62,767 nucleotides of DNA from Synergistaceae bacterium (lineage in GTDB: Bacteria > Synergistota > Synergistia > Synergistales > 79-D21): positions 1 through 62,767 of the forward strand of contig JAJUIT010000002.1 in assembly GCA_029267465.1 (NCBI GenBank), in the 5' to 3' direction. The translations under genes and the position numbers were made by a program. A model generated the notes under the pieces. The model saw only the letters and a list, made by a program, of their open reading frames with translations. It was not told the origin of the DNA and searched no databases. Of this stretch, positions 43,395 to 53,213 are shown in pieces (positions within the stretch are counted from its first letter, which is position 1; the number at the start of each line of letters is the position of its first letter).

Positions 43395-43901
43395 ATGGCG
43401 GGTTTCTGGATCTTTCTTCCGGCATCCCTTTTCGGGGGGCTTTGGGATCTCCGGTTCAGGAAAGTCCCGAACCTGCTGAACGGGACGATCCTGCTGGGAG
43501 CCCTTGCCTGGCACGCGTACCGCGGGGATTTGGTCTCGTCGGCCCTGGGAGCCGCTGCCGGGTTTTCGGCCCTTCTCCTTCCTTACTGGCTCGGCGGCAT
43601 GGGAGCGGGGGACGTCAAGTTCATGGCGGCCCTGGGAGCCGCCGCGGGCTGGCCCTCCGCGGCGGATGCCCTTCTCTGGTCCGCCCTTTCGGGAGGGGTT
43701 CTGGTCGTCGTGCTGGCCCTCAGGCCGGAGGACTGGACGCAGGCATGGCTGGAGGCCGCCTCCGGCTGGAAAGAGGCGGTCCGTGCCCTTTGCAGGAACG
43801 CAGGCTCGAGGAAACGGGAAAAGGTTCCTTACGCCCTGGCGATGACGGCCGGTTTCATCCTTTCCCATTTTTTCCCTCTCCTCGGGAGGGTCACCGCATG
43901 A
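43395..43901 (+). CDS. cpaA: A24-family prepilin peptidase (CpaA/TadV)
   Basis: 168-aa membrane ORF with 'WDLRFRKVPN' and 'GMGAGDVKFMAALG' Asp motifs. Confidence 0.8.
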   Translation: MAGFWIFLPASLFGGLWDLRFRKVPNLLNGTILLGALAWHAYRGDLVSSALGAAAGFSALLLPYWLGGMGAGDVKFMAALGAAAGWPSAADALLWSALSGGVLVVVLALRPEDWTQAWLEAASGWKEAVRALCRNAGSRKREKVPYALAMTAGFILSHFFPLLGRVTA

Positions 43902-44290
43902 ACGGGGAAAAACATCGCGGAGCCGCGCTGGTCGAACTGGCCCTCACCCTTCCCGTGCTGCTGGTCCTCGTCATGGGGATCATCGAGATGGCCTCCCTCT
44001 TCCAGCAGTTCCAGGTCGTCCAGCATGCGGCCCGGGAGGGGGCTCGCCTCGCGGCAGTCGGTGAATCCCCCGAGGAGGTGACCGCCGCCGTCCTGAATCT
44101 CCTCTCCCTGCGGTCTTTCGCCGGGACGCCGACCATCCGGGTGGAGGAAGTGACCCTCTCTTCCTACGTGGAATCGAAAGTCTCCGTCTCGGTACCCCTG
44201 AGGACGGTCACACCGCTCGGCCAGTTCGTTCCCGCTTTTTTGGGAACCTTCCAGCCAACGGCGGTGGCCGCTTTCCGAAAGGAGGGATGA
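43898..44290 (+). CDS. TadE-like pseudopilin
   Basis: 'HRGAALVELALTLPVLLVLVMGIIEM' TadE N-terminal motif. ATG 43898 overlaps the cpaA stop. Confidence 0.75.
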   Translation: MNGEKHRGAALVELALTLPVLLVLVMGIIEMASLFQQFQVVQHAAREGARLAAVGESPEEVTAAVLNLLSLRSFAGTPTIRVEEVTLSSYVESKVSVSVPLRTVTPLGQFVPAFLGTFQPTAVAAFRKEG

Positions 44291-45255
44291 GCATGAGGCA
44301 CTCCCGGCAACGGCGGGGCGGCATCCTTGTAGTGACGGCGCTTTCCCTGGGCATCCTGCTTTCGGCGGCCTCGCTGGCGGTGGACTACGGTTACGCGGTC
44401 CTCATGAGGGAGCGCCTCCAGGGAGCCGTCGATGCCGCTGCCCTCTGCGGGGCCATGGAGCTGGCCATGGGAAACCCTCAAACAGCCGCCGGCCGGGCCG
44501 TCCAAATGGGCAGCGAAAACCTCGAGGCTTCCTATGCGGTCCGTTTCCCGGCATCCAACCGCTGCCACGTGGACGGGGAAAAAGCCCTCCGGACGTTCTT
44601 CGCCGTTTTCCTGGGGAAAGACACGATCCTGGTCCGAGCCCACGCGGAAGCCATCGCTTCCCCCGTTTCCGAGGTCCAGGGGCTGCGGCCTTTCGCCATC
44701 GTCCCTCCCGAGGGAGGATTCACCTACGGCGTAACCTACGTGATCAAGTACGGTCCCGGCCCTGGAAGCGGAGCCTACCACGGGAACTTCAACGCGGTGG
44801 CCCTGGACCCGACGGACCGCGGAGCCAAGGACTATCTCCAGAACATCAAGTACGGTTCCGACGGCTGGGTCCGCATCGGAAGCGAGATAAGCACCGATGA
44901 CGACTGGATCTACACCGAGCCGGGCAACATGGCCGGACCAACCCGGGAAGGGGTGAACTATCTCGTGGGGCAGGATCCCCACGACTGGGACTATTACCAG
45001 TCCATGCCGGACATTGAGACAAGCAGCCGGCTGATCACGATCCCCGTCATCGAGTCCATGGCCGATATCAACGGCCGGGAGCTGGTCCACGTCATCGGCT
45101 TCGCCAGGGTTTTCCTGGAAAACGCGGTGGGAACGGGCAACGACGTGGACATCCATGCCCGCTTCGTGAAGATGGCGACCCCGAATTCCAGAACCGGGAG
45201 GAACGTCCCCGACTACGGAGCCTACGGGATCCGCCTGGTCGTCCCGGAATCCTGA
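44287..45255 (+). CDS. TadG-like / Flp pilus-assembly protein
   Basis: 'RRGGILVVTALSLGILLSAASLAVDYGYAVLMRERLQGAVDAAALCGA' resembles the putative Flp pilus-assembly TadG N-terminus. Confidence 0.65.
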   Translation: MSMRHSRQRRGGILVVTALSLGILLSAASLAVDYGYAVLMRERLQGAVDAAALCGAMELAMGNPQTAAGRAVQMGSENLEASYAVRFPASNRCHVDGEKALRTFFAVFLGKDTILVRAHAEAIASPVSEVQGLRPFAIVPPEGGFTYGVTYVIKYGPGPGSGAYHGNFNAVALDPTDRGAKDYLQNIKYGSDGWVRIGSEISTDDDWIYTEPGNMAGPTREGVNYLVGQDPHDWDYYQSMPDIETSSRLITIPVIESMADINGRELVHVIGFARVFLENAVGTGNDVDIHARFVKMATPNSRTGRNVPDYGAYGIRLVVPES

Positions 45256-45267
45256 GGAGGAAAAGGA

Positions 45268-46143
45268 ATGCGAAGGAAAATCCTGCTTTTGACTCTATCG
45301 CTCCTTCTGGCTTTGATCGCAGCCGCGCTGGTCTTCGGGCAGATCCGGGAGTACCGGAAACGCCTGGCCGCCGCCGAGAACAGGATGATTCCGGTTACGG
45401 CGGCCGCCCGGGAGATCGAGGCCTTCAGCACCCTCACCCCGGAGGATATCGTGGTCCTGAAGATGCCCCGAGGGGCCTTCCCAGCGGAAGAAATCCCGGC
45501 CGCTGACCAGCTCGCCGGCAAACGGACCCTCTACCGCCTCGCCAAGGGAGATCCCATCCTGAAATTCAAGCTGGCCGAAGCAGGGGGGAAAGGAAGCCTG
45601 TCCCTGACCCTGCCGAACGGGATGCGGGCGATCGCCATGGCCGTGGACGAAGTCAGCCTGGTTTCCGGGCATATCCGCACCGATGACCGGGTGGACGTGG
45701 TCATCCTGGAAAAACGCCCAGGCGGAATCACCCCAGCCCGCAACCTGCTGTCGGGACTGAAGGTCCTGGCCGTCGGAGTGGACTCGGGCATCCCCGCGGA
45801 AGGGCGGAAAAAACCGGCCCCCGCCGAGCTGGCGAAATCGGTGGTCCTCGAGGTTTCGCCGCAGCAGGCCCCGATTTTGGCCTGGGCTCAGCGCCGCGGG
45901 GATCTCTGGCTTTCCCTTCGTCCCGCCGGGGACACGGGAAAGACCCCCGAAGCGGTCTACTCCGGGCCGGACCCAACGGCTTGGAAGGAACAGTCCAGGC
46001 CGGGCGGCGAAACGACGCAGGCGAGCATGAAACCCGCTTCTTCACCGACCCCGGGAACTCCCGTCCGACGGCCCGCCGGCGGCTGGTCCGTCACGGTGAT
46101 GGTTCCCGGAAAGACGGAATCCGTGGCGGTTCCAGCGCAATGA
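45268..46143 (+). CDS. cpaB: Flp pilus assembly protein CpaB/RcpC
   Basis: N-terminal TM segment, then SAF-like 'IPVTAAAREIEAFSTLTPEDI' and RcpC-type repeats. Confidence 0.8.
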   Translation: MRRKILLLTLSLLLALIAAALVFGQIREYRKRLAAAENRMIPVTAAAREIEAFSTLTPEDIVVLKMPRGAFPAEEIPAADQLAGKRTLYRLAKGDPILKFKLAEAGGKGSLSLTLPNGMRAIAMAVDEVSLVSGHIRTDDRVDVVILEKRPGGITPARNLLSGLKVLAVGVDSGIPAEGRKKPAPAELAKSVVLEVSPQQAPILAWAQRRGDLWLSLRPAGDTGKTPEAVYSGPDPTAWKEQSRPGGETTQASMKPASSPTPGTPVRRPAGGWSVTVMVPGKTESVAVPAQ

Positions 46144-46156
46144 GGAGGCCTGAACG

Positions 46157-47332
46157 ATGAGGAAACATCGGACTTTTCCGGTTCTAGCGGCGGTTTGCCT
46201 GCTATTGTCCTGGGCCCTGCCTTCCGCCGCTGCTCTTTCCCGGCCGCAGCAGACCTTCCACCTGGAAACGGGGCAAAACGCCCCGCTTGTGTTCCAGTCC
46301 CTGACGCGGGTCGCCATCGGGAACCCCAACGTCCTGGACGCGCAGCCCGTCAGCCGGAACGACCTGCTCCTTTTTGGGAAATCCGAGGGGGTGTCTTCCC
46401 TCGTGGTCTGGGATTCGAAGGGATGTCACGTGTTCGACATCCTCGTCCACCCCTCCCGGCGAGTTCGGACCTGGGACCTTGAGCAGATGCTGCAGGATTC
46501 GGGCATCAAGGCCGCCTTGACGGAAACTACCGTCATCCTGGAGGGAACCGTCAGGACCCCGTACGAAAGGAAAAGGGCCGAGGCCATCGCGAGGGGCTTC
46601 GCACCCAACGTCGTCAACCTCCTGAACGTCGAGGGCGATCCACGCGTCAAAATCGAGGCCATCGTCATGGAGATGGCGAAAGGAAAAGGGCAAAAGCTCG
46701 GGCTCTCTTACCTGGAAGGCGGGAGGGGACAGATCGTTTCAGGGTCTGCCAACCTCGTCAACTCCGAGCTGGGGCAGATCGGGTTTACCTGGAACCGGGC
46801 CGCCGATATCCCCTCAAACCTCAAGGGCCTTTTCGAGGCCGTGGGCAACACCTCCAGCACGAGGATCCTCAGCCGTCCGAGCGTAAGCGGGCTCAGCGGA
46901 GAAAAGGCCTTCATCAACGTTGGGGGAGAAATCCCCGTTCCGGTCGGCGTCGAGAACAACCAGATCAAGATCGAATGGAAACCCTACGGCGTCATCATGA
47001 CGATCGTCCCCGAAGTCCTCAGCGACGGGGACATCCTCCTGAACCTCTCCGCCGAGGTATCTGAACTGGACTGGGAGAACCGCATTGTCACGAACGGCGT
47101 TTCCATCCCGGCCCTAAGGAGCCGAAAGGTAGAAAACCGGACGGTCCTGAAAGACGGAGAGCCGCTGGTGATCGGGGGGCTACTGGACAACAAGCAAACC
47201 CGAATGGTCAAGAAGATCCCGCTCCTCGCGGACCTGCCTCTTCTCGGCAGCCTCTTCCGCAGCAAGCAGTTCCAGAACAACGAGACCGAGCTCGTGATCA
47301 CGGTCGTTCCCCAGGTGGTGAAGAATCCATGA
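46157..47332 (+). CDS. cpaC: Secretin CpaC/RcpA
   Basis: Signal peptide, BON-like N-domain, and secretin C-domain 'TELVITVVPQVV'. Confidence 0.85.
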   Translation: MRKHRTFPVLAAVCLLLSWALPSAAALSRPQQTFHLETGQNAPLVFQSLTRVAIGNPNVLDAQPVSRNDLLLFGKSEGVSSLVVWDSKGCHVFDILVHPSRRVRTWDLEQMLQDSGIKAALTETTVILEGTVRTPYERKRAEAIARGFAPNVVNLLNVEGDPRVKIEAIVMEMAKGKGQKLGLSYLEGGRGQIVSGSANLVNSELGQIGFTWNRAADIPSNLKGLFEAVGNTSSTRILSRPSVSGLSGEKAFINVGGEIPVPVGVENNQIKIEWKPYGVIMTIVPEVLSDGDILLNLSAEVSELDWENRIVTNGVSIPALRSRKVENRTVLKDGEPLVIGGLLDNKQTRMVKKIPLLADLPLLGSLFRSKQFQNNETELVITVVPQVVKNP

Positions 47333-48459
47333 TCCGCCTTTTCCTGGCAGGCATCGAAGAGCGTCGAAACGGGTGGAAGAGGGGACTTCAGGAAAGTTCC
47401 ACGATCGAGGTCGCCGGCGAGGCCGGTTCGTTTGCGGAGCTGAGGTCCCTCGTGCAGGCCGCCAGGCCCCTCGTTCTTCTCATGGGATTGTGAGCCGGGG
47501 AACAGGAAGCGGCGGACCTCCTGGATGCGCTCAAGTCCCTCCAGTTCCTCCCGGGGATTATCGTTGCGGCCGAGGAGAACGATCCGGAGGCCATCCGGAC
47601 CATCATCCGGCTCCAGGCAAGGGATTTTGTGCCTGCCGCCTGCCCCGTGGCCGAACTCGATGCCGCGGTGAACCGGGCCTATTCCGCTGCTGTGGGGCAA
47701 AACCGGGATCGGACGGGAATCCTCCTGGGACTTTGGGGATGCCGGGGGGGAGCCGGGACGACCTCTCTCGCCCTGGCGCTTGCCGGGGCCGCCCGCCGGA
47801 AGGGGCTCAAGGTCGCTGTAGCCGACGGGGACATCGCTCTGGGCGACGCTGCGTTCCTCATGAACGCGAGGCCAACCCTGACCTGGGTGGACTGGGCCCG
47901 GGACAGCGGAAGCGGGGAACGGGACATCCACCGCTACCTCCTGACCACGGAAGAAGGCTTCTCGATCCTGGCTGCCCCCAAATCACCGGCCCAGGCCGAA
48001 CTCATCCGCCCCCAGGCGGTATCGGAAGCCCTTGACCTGCTCCAGAAGTCCCACGACCTCGTCATCGCGGACCTGCACAGGAGCTTTGACGAGATCACCC
48101 TGCTTTTCGCTGAAAAGGCGCAGCACCTCTGGCTCGTGACGGACGCCTCCCTCACGGGGGTCAAGAATGGCAGCCTCTTCTGGAACCTGATGGACCAGCT
48201 CCGGCTCGTCCACGAAGAGAGATGCGCCGTGATCAACCGGGTCAACAAGGGAAACGCCCAGACTGCCGCAAAAATGGCGTCCCTTTACAAGGCCTCGGCC
48301 CTGATCCCCGAGGAACCCGCCCTGGACCGGGCCTGGGAAAGCGGACGAAGCCCGGTTCTGACCCTTCCGCGCTCGCCGTTCGTGAAAGCGGTGGGAGAAC
48401 TCCTGAACCGTCTTTTCCCTGATTCCTCCCCAGGCGGGAAAGGGAGGAAATCCCAATGA
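47329..48459 (+). CDS. cpaE: CpaE/TadZ (receiver-like domain plus ParA/MinD-type ATPase), interrupted by an in-frame TGA at 47491-47493: possible pseudogene or recoding
   Basis: ATG 47329 overlaps the cpaC stop. My translation gives a continuous CheY-like fold across the TGA (…ARPLVLLMGL*AGEQEAADLLDALKSLQ…), followed by 'LGLWGCRGGAGTTSLALALA' (deviant Walker A). The track ORF starts only at GTG 47629. Confidence 0.65.
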
Positions 48460-49793
48460 GCCTTCTCAAGCGGCTTGCAGGGCGTTCCGCGGAGGAACAG
48501 AAGGAAAGGATCCAGGTTTCCCCGGCCTTCCGGGCCGCGCAGAGGCGGCTTTTGGTCCGGCTTGCCGAGGAAGTCGACCCGAAGGACCTGGGCGGGTCGG
48601 ACCCTGGAAGCCAGGGGAACGCCGAGCTTCGCAGGAAGGTCGTCCGAATCGTGGACAGCTTTCTTTCCGCCAGCCCGGAACTGTCGGCAGCCGAGCAGGA
48701 GCGGCTCCGCGAGGAAGTCCTGAACGAGGTGTTCGGGTACGGGCCCATTCAGCCCCTGATCGACGACGATTCGATCAGCGAGATCATGGTGAACGGGCCG
48801 GACATCGTCTACGTGGAGCGGCGGGGGAACATCGAGCTCACCGATGTCGTCTTCGCTGACGACGAACACGTCAAGCGGGTGCTCGAACGCATCGTCTCTC
48901 CCCTGGGAAGGCGCATCGACGAGTCTTCCCCCATGGTGGACGCCCGCCTGCCGGACGGATCCAGGGTCAACGGCGTCATTCCCCCTCTCTCCCTGGAAGG
49001 ACCCCTGATCACCATCCGCAAGTTCCGGAAGACCCCCCTGACGACCGCTGATCTCATCGCGGGCGGAACCCTCTCCGAGGAAGCCGTGGCGTTCATCCGC
49101 ACCGCCGTGGAGGCGCGTTTCAACATCGTGATCGTCGGGGGAACGGGTTCCGGGAAAACGACGCTTCTGAACGTCCTTTCAGGCTTCATCCCCGAAAAGG
49201 AACGGATCCTGACCATCGAGGATGCCGCCGAGCTCAAGCTCCAGCAGCCCCACGTCGTCAGGCTCGAAGCGCGGCCGGCCAACATCGAGGGAAAAGGGGC
49301 GATCCCCATCCGGAGCCTGGTTAAAAATGCTCTCCGGATGCGCCCGGACCGGATCATCGTAGGGGAATGCCGCGGAGGGGAGGCCTTCGACATGCTCCAG
49401 GCCATGAACACGGGGCATGACGGCTCCATGACCACGATCCATGCCAACTCCGCCCGGGACGCCCTTGCGCGGCTGGAAAGCATGGTCATGATGTCGGGCC
49501 TCGAGCTGCCCCTCAAGGCCATCCGGGACCAGATCGCCTCCGCCGTAGACCTCTTGATCTACCAGGAACGCCTGCGGGACGGGTCTCGACGCGTGATGAC
49601 CGTCACCGAGATCACCGGCATGGAAGGAGAGATCATCCAGACGCAGGACCTCTTCCACTTTGACCTCCAGGGTTTCGACGAAAGGGGACGGGTTCGCGGA
49701 AAACTCCGGCCCACCGGGATCCAGCCGAAACACCTGGCCAAGTTCGAGCTCGCGGGTGTAGCCCTGCCCGCGGACTGCCTTGCGGGGCGCTGA
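48456..49793 (+). CDS. cpaF: CpaF/TadA secretion ATPase
   Basis: Walker A 'GGTGSGKTTLLN', 'GECRGGEAFDMLQAMNTGHDGSMTTIHAN'. Confidence 0.9.
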   Translation: MSLLKRLAGRSAEEQKERIQVSPAFRAAQRRLLVRLAEEVDPKDLGGSDPGSQGNAELRRKVVRIVDSFLSASPELSAAEQERLREEVLNEVFGYGPIQPLIDDDSISEIMVNGPDIVYVERRGNIELTDVVFADDEHVKRVLERIVSPLGRRIDESSPMVDARLPDGSRVNGVIPPLSLEGPLITIRKFRKTPLTTADLIAGGTLSEEAVAFIRTAVEARFNIVIVGGTGSGKTTLLNVLSGFIPEKERILTIEDAAELKLQQPHVVRLEARPANIEGKGAIPIRSLVKNALRMRPDRIIVGECRGGEAFDMLQAMNTGHDGSMTTIHANSARDALARLESMVMMSGLELPLKAIRDQIASAVDLLIYQERLRDGSRRVMTVTEITGMEGEIIQTQDLFHFDLQGFDERGRVRGKLRPTGIQPKHLAKFELAGVALPADCLAGR

Positions 49794-49805
49794 GGGGGGA
49801 GAACG

Positions 49806-50738
49806 GTGCAGGACATCCTTGTGGCTCTCCTGTCGGTTGCCCTGGGGCTCGCTTCCCTTTTGTGCGTCTTCCGGGCCTTCCGTCCGGTCCCGGTAAACGA
49901 TCCCCTCAAGCGGGTGAAGCACTGGTTCGCCCAGGACAAGCCCTCCAGCGAGGAACGCCAGCGCCTGCGATTCGTTTCCTCGCTGGCTCCCAGGCAGCTT
50001 CAGCGGAAAGTTTCCCGGCTCCTGCAGAACGCGGGAATTCCCCTGGAAGTGGAGGAAGCCCTTCTCCTGTGGGCAATCCTGCTTTTAGCCTGCACTCTTT
50101 CCGGGTTCCTTTCGGCCGGAATTTTGGGCCTTTCTGTCGGACTTGCATCCGGGGGGAGCCTTCCCCTCCTGTTTCTCCGGGTCCAGGGCACCCGGAGAAA
50201 ACGGCAAATGGAGGGACAGATCCCCGACCTGCTGGATCTGCTCGCTTCCGGCCTAAGGGCGGGATTCAGCTTTTTCCAGAGCCTCCAGCACGCTGCCGGC
50301 CAGATGGAGGCCCCGATCGGCCCGACGCTCCGGCAGGTGATCACGGAGATGACGGTCGGTTTCGACGTCGAAACGGCCCTTCGGAGGTGGGTGGAACGCA
50401 CGGGCAGCCTCGACCTGGAGCTGGCCGTTTCCGCCATCCTGATCCAGAGGGAAGTCGGCGGGAATCTTGCCGAGGTGCTGGACAACATTTCCGGAATCAT
50501 GCGGGACCGGCGCGAGGCCCAGATGGAAATGCGCTCCCTGACGGCCCAGGGACGCATGGAAGGCTGGATCATCTCGCTGCTCCCGGTCGTCCTCGGGATT
50601 TTCTTCACCCTGACGCGGCCGGAATACATGGGCGTTCTTTTCCACACTCCCCAGGGAGTCCGGATGCTCACGCTTTCCGGGGTCTTCGGGGTGATCGGGA
50701 TTTTCCTGGTGACCCGGATCGTCAAGCCCCGCTACTGA
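49806..50738 (+). CDS. tadB: TadB (type II secretion system F-family membrane protein)
   Basis: T2SSF domain architecture, immediately after cpaF. Confidence 0.85.
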   Translation: MQDILVALLSVALGLASLLCVFRAFRPVPVNDPLKRVKHWFAQDKPSSEERQRLRFVSSLAPRQLQRKVSRLLQNAGIPLEVEEALLLWAILLLACTLSGFLSAGILGLSVGLASGGSLPLLFLRVQGTRRKRQMEGQIPDLLDLLASGLRAGFSFFQSLQHAAGQMEAPIGPTLRQVITEMTVGFDVETALRRWVERTGSLDLELAVSAILIQREVGGNLAEVLDNISGIMRDRREAQMEMRSLTAQGRMEGWIISLLPVVLGIFFTLTRPEYMGVLFHTPQGVRMLTLSGVFGVIGIFLVTRIVKPRY

Positions 50739-50752
50739 AGGAGGGGATCCGA

Positions 50753-51643
50753 ATGGAAACGTGGGTCTCGACGGTTCTGTTTGCGATGCTTGGATTGAGC
50801 CTCTGGCTCTTTTTCCAGGCTTTTCTCCCGGGTGAGGATGTCCGGCTTCAAAGGGCTTCGGAGTACCTGGAAGTCCAGAGAAGAAACGAGACGCCGAGCT
50901 TTAGGCAGAGGATCCTCTCCCCGCTGGGGAAGGCCCTGGTGAATGTCCTGTCGCGCCTCTATCCCCCCAGGACGCTCGAGCGGCTGGACGAATACTGCGA
51001 AAGGGCAGGGCGCCCGCTGGGCATAACCGGGAAAGCTCTCGCGGTGTCCAAGGTGGTGTCGGCCTTCCTGCTCTGGACCGCCGCCGGACTGTTCGTCCGG
51101 GGCAGGTTTTTCCTTCCCGCCTCGATCCTCGCCGCCTGCGCCGGCTACCTTCTGCCCGGCCTGTGGGTGACCTCCCGGACCCGGAGGAGAGTGGAACTCG
51201 CTCGGGCCCAGCTGGCCGACGCAATGGATCTGCTCGTCGTCAGCGTGGAAGCCGGGCTGGGGCTCGACGCGGCCCTCCAGCGCGTCGCAAGCCGGTTTCG
51301 GCATCCCTTGGGGGAACTCTTCTCGAAGGCCATGGCCGAAATCAGCCTCGGTTCTCCTCGCGAAGCCGCTTTCAGAGGCATTGCCGAGGCGTTGCCCTTC
51401 GACGAAATCAAATCTTTCACCGCCAGCATCATCCAGGCCGAGCGCCTGGGGACCAGCATCGCCGCGGTTCTTCGCGCCCAGGCCGCCGGGCTGCGGAAGC
51501 GGCGCCGCCTGAGAGCCGAAGAGCATGCGAGGAAAGCCCCGGTGAAGATCCTTTTCCCCCTCGTCCTCTTCATCTTCCCCAGCCTGTTCGTCATCATCCT
51601 GGGGCCGGCCATGATCCAGATCCTGGAGAACCTGAGGCCATGA
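50753..51643 (+). CDS. tadC: TadC (type II secretion system F-family membrane protein)
   Basis: The last 296 codons of track ORF 49862-51643. GGAGGGG lies upstream of ATG 50753. Has a T2SSF domain. Confidence 0.8.
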   Translation: METWVSTVLFAMLGLSLWLFFQAFLPGEDVRLQRASEYLEVQRRNETPSFRQRILSPLGKALVNVLSRLYPPRTLERLDEYCERAGRPLGITGKALAVSKVVSAFLLWTAAGLFVRGRFFLPASILAACAGYLLPGLWVTSRTRRRVELARAQLADAMDLLVVSVEAGLGLDAALQRVASRFRHPLGELFSKAMAEISLGSPREAAFRGIAEALPFDEIKSFTASIIQAERLGTSIAAVLRAQAAGLRKRRRLRAEEHARKAPVKILFPLVLFIFPSLFVIILGPAMIQILENLRP

Positions 51644-52020
51644 CGAAGATCTTTTCTGGGGTGCCTCTCGCCGCGTTCGGCCCGGACGGCAGGATCTGGT
51701 TCGAGCCGGTCTGGGCGGCCGCCACGTTCCGGGAACGCTTCAGGGGACTCATGTTCACGGATCCCAAATCGATGGGGGTCTGGTTCGATGGGTGCCGCTC
51801 CATTCATTCCCACTGGATGCGCTACCCGCTGGATATCCTGTTTCTGGGCGAGGACGGAGCCGTTCTTTGGCACGTGGTCCTGAACCCCTGGTCCTTCGCC
51901 TCCCATCCCCACGCGGCATCGGTCCTGGAAATTCCCGCGGGCTATGCGGACATGAAAACCCTTCCGGACCGGCTTGCCCTGGCCCCGGCAGAGGTCGGAC
52001 CTTCGTCGGGTTCCCTCTGA
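51640..52020 (+). CDS. DUF192-family protein
   Basis: 'RGLMF...' and 'LDILFLGEDGAVL...VLEIPAG' resemble DUF192 (COG1430). ATG overlaps the tadC stop. Confidence 0.6.
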   Translation: MTKIFSGVPLAAFGPDGRIWFEPVWAAATFRERFRGLMFTDPKSMGVWFDGCRSIHSHWMRYPLDILFLGEDGAVLWHVVLNPWSFASHPHAASVLEIPAGYADMKTLPDRLALAPAEVGPSSGSL

Positions 52021-52076
52021 TACAATAGCCTCGTCCTAATAGCAGCCGCATTCGACCGCAGGGGGAGGGAACCGCT

Positions 52077-53213
52077 TTGGGCGGCAAAATCGCTGTCACG
52101 CTCCAGGACGCTTCAATCGCTGAGCAGGCCCAGTTCCTGAAGCTTTTGAAGGAGGCCGGATTTGCGATCGAGGTCGCGCCTTCCGCCCCCGGCGGGGAAG
52201 TGCCGCTCCCCCTCATGGCGCTGGGGAAGGTGCTCACCCAGCCGGATCCTTCAGGGGAAGATCTCGCTGCGCTGGCGGAAGGTGTTTCAAGGTTGATTCG
52301 CCTCCCCGTTGCCCTCTTTTTCCCGGCGCAGGAGAAGACCCTTCTTTCCTGCAGGGCCGCCGCTTCCGGAACTCCTCCCACCTGGATCGAGGCGGAATTT
52401 CCGGCCGGTTCCGCAGAAATTGCCCTGAAACCGGAAGGAGAATTCCGCCCTTGTTTTTTCCCCCTCGAGAAAACGGACCTCTCCGCGGGACTCCTCGTGG
52501 CCGCCCTCCGCGGCCGCTCCGAGGAAGAGAAAGCCTTGCCTTTTCTGAACGGGCTGGCGGAAGCGATCGGCGAGGCAAGGGCGAGAACGGAGCGACTCCG
52601 GTGCCTCGACCGGGGAGCATCCATGCTGGATTCCTCGGTCGACGCCATGGTGGAAGCCTGCGCAACCCTGCTGGAACTCCGAGGGCATGAAACCGCCGGA
52701 CACAGCGAACGCGTGACATCCCTCGCGGTCAAGCTCGGGGAGCGCCTGGGCCTTTCCAGCCGGGAGCTGGTCGACTTGCGCCGTGGGGCCCTGCTGCACG
52801 ACATCGGCAAGCTCACCCTTCCGGACAGCCTTCTCCAGAAGAGCCCCCCGCTGACGGAGGAGGACTGGAAGACACTGCGGACTCACACGGTGAGGGCCTT
52901 TGAAGCCTTCCGGTCCGTGCCGGCCCTCCAGGGAGCCCTGGAGGTTCCCCTTCGCCATCACGAACGCTTCGACGGCAGCGGATACCCGGACGGCCTGAAA
53001 GGGAAGGACATCCCCATCGCGGCAAGAATTTTCGCGGTCGTGGACGTGTGGGACGCCCTTCTCTCGGAAACCTGCTACCGGAAACGGTGGAGTCCCGGGA
53101 AGGTTCTCGAACACCTCCGGCGGGCATCCGGGGTGCATTTTGACCCGGAGGTCGTTTCGGCCTTCGTCTCGCTTCTGGAGGAAGCCCCCTCCCTCTTAGA
53201 CAGGCCCTTTTAA
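52077..53213 (+). CDS. HD-GYP domain protein
   Basis: 'HDIGKLTLPDSLL...HHERFDGSGYP'. TTG start with GGGGGAGGGA upstream. Confidence 0.85.
   Translation: MGGKIAVTLQDASIAEQAQFLKLLKEAGFAIEVAPSAPGGEVPLPLMALGKVLTQPDPSGEDLAALAEGVSRLIRLPVALFFPAQEKTLLSCRAAASGTPPTWIEAEFPAGSAEIALKPEGEFRPCFFPLEKTDLSAGLLVAALRGRSEEEKALPFLNGLAEAIGEARARTERLRCLDRGASMLDSSVDAMVEACATLLELRGHETAGHSERVTSLAVKLGERLGLSSRELVDLRRGALLHDIGKLTLPDSLLQKSPPLTEEDWKTLRTHTVRAFEAFRSVPALQGALEVPLRHHERFDGSGYPDGLKGKDIPIAARIFAVVDVWDALLSETCYRKRWSPGKVLEHLRRASGVHFDPEVVSAFVSLLEEAPSLLDRPF

Noticed and set aside
49862-51643. 593-aa ORF
   Set aside because: Its first ~297 codons overlap tadB out of frame and are R/G/P-rich. The real gene is tadC, starting at ATG 50753 with its own Shine-Dalgarno.
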